Positions 63,362-64,000 of a DNA stretch of 64,000 nucleotides are shown here, in pieces. Origin of the DNA: Candidatus Bathyarchaeota archaeon (lineage in GTDB: Archaea; Thermoproteota; Bathyarchaeia; 40CM-2-53-6). Position 1 is the stretch's first letter. The number at the start of each line of letters is the position of its first letter. Both the position numbers and the translations under genes were made by a program. Location: the NCBI GenBank assembly GCA_963833125.1, contig CAWHWX010000005.1:1-64000 (forward strand). The letters run 5' to 3'. The notes below the pieces were generated by a model. The model did no database searches. It was not told where the DNA came from and saw nothing but the letters and a program-made list of their open reading frames with translations.

Positions 63362-64000
63362 TCAATCTATCAGAGCAAATTGTGCATCTGCGCTGGCTAG
63401 GAATGTACCCCCCTGTGAAATCAGCTTGTCGGAGACCAGGGCATTGACCGTATAAACTCCGATAGGGTGGTTTACCAAGGTGAACCCAAGTCCATCTTTG
63501 ATTGTTCCACCTGCGTCGAGCTGGGATATATGTATCTGAATCTGCACGGGCACTCCGTTCGGGTCACGCACCTGAATCCAGACTACGCCTTGGAATGTGA
63601 CGCCGATATTCTCGATTACAACCCAAATCCATATCGTCTGTCCTTCTGTAAACGTAGATGTTGGATTGCCGGCGCTATCACCCGCGTAAACCGCTTTGAT
63701 TATGACGCTAGGTGTTGAAGATGTTCCCACTACGAATGTGGTGCGTGTGGTTACGCTTGAGTAACCTGATTTTGTCGCCGAAGTGAAGACGGTATATGTT
63801 CCTGTTGGCGAGCTGGGTGGGAGGCTGACTTGGGTTTGGAATATGCCCGCTGCATCCGTTTGAAGGTTGTTCGCAAAGAATAGTTGGCTGCCGGTTGAGG
63901 CGTCAACTTGCACTGAAACGGTAACTCCAGCGACTGCGCTCCCGGTTGAATCCGTCACTTGGCCCTGGATGGTGACTGTTGAGTTTGGCTGGTATTGGGG
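63362..64000 (-). CDS. Ig-like (MG2-type) cell-surface protein, 5'-truncated by the window edge
   Basis: YQPNSTVTIQGQV, GTYTVF, VQVRDPNG-type repeats. Confidence 0.75.
   Translation of the reverse strand, partial: PQYQPNSTVTIQGQVTDSTGSAVAGVTVSVQVDASTGSQLFFANNLQTDAAGIFQTQVSLPPSSPTGTYTVFTSATKSGYSSVTTRTTFVVGTSSTPSVIIKAVYAGDSAGNPTSTFTEGQTIWIWVVIENIGVTFQGVVWIQVRDPNGVPVQIQIHISQLDAGGTIKDGLGFTLVNHPIGVYTVNALVSDKLISQGGTFLASADAQFALID

Overview
Archaeal chromosomal window (archaeal-type uS12, TrmB, DUF1616, CFI-box-CTERM and DUF1122 proteins; gene content most resembles Candidatus Bathyarchaeia, which is an inference). Single-base frameshifts interrupt more than 20 genes, including housekeeping ones, most likely from long-read indel errors. 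Layout: (1) 1-2.6 kb: viral remnant with an ATPase-only terminase large subunit, then an RHH/PIN toxin-antitoxin pair flanked by 29-bp direct repeats. (2) 2.8-38.2 kb: surface-glycan/envelope island (GT2/GT4 glycosyltransferases, nucleotide-sugar enzymes, AsnB, GtrA, membrane proteins, Tat beta-helix protein, GH5, a collapsed flippase, VapBC). (3) 38.4-41.5 kb: accessory patch with another PIN TA pair and a DIP1984-family gene between two predicted structured, repeat-containing RNA elements, the best candidate for an undescribed protein-RNA system. (4) 41.5-64 kb: core genes (SOD, SUF Fe-S assembly, MsrA, stand-alone nuoBCDI, Bcp, guaB, orphan rps12). A palindromic TATGAC-N4-GTTAT box is shared by the sufC, sufB and Cys-rich HTH regulator promoters. 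All calls come from motif recognition by eye; no database searches were run.
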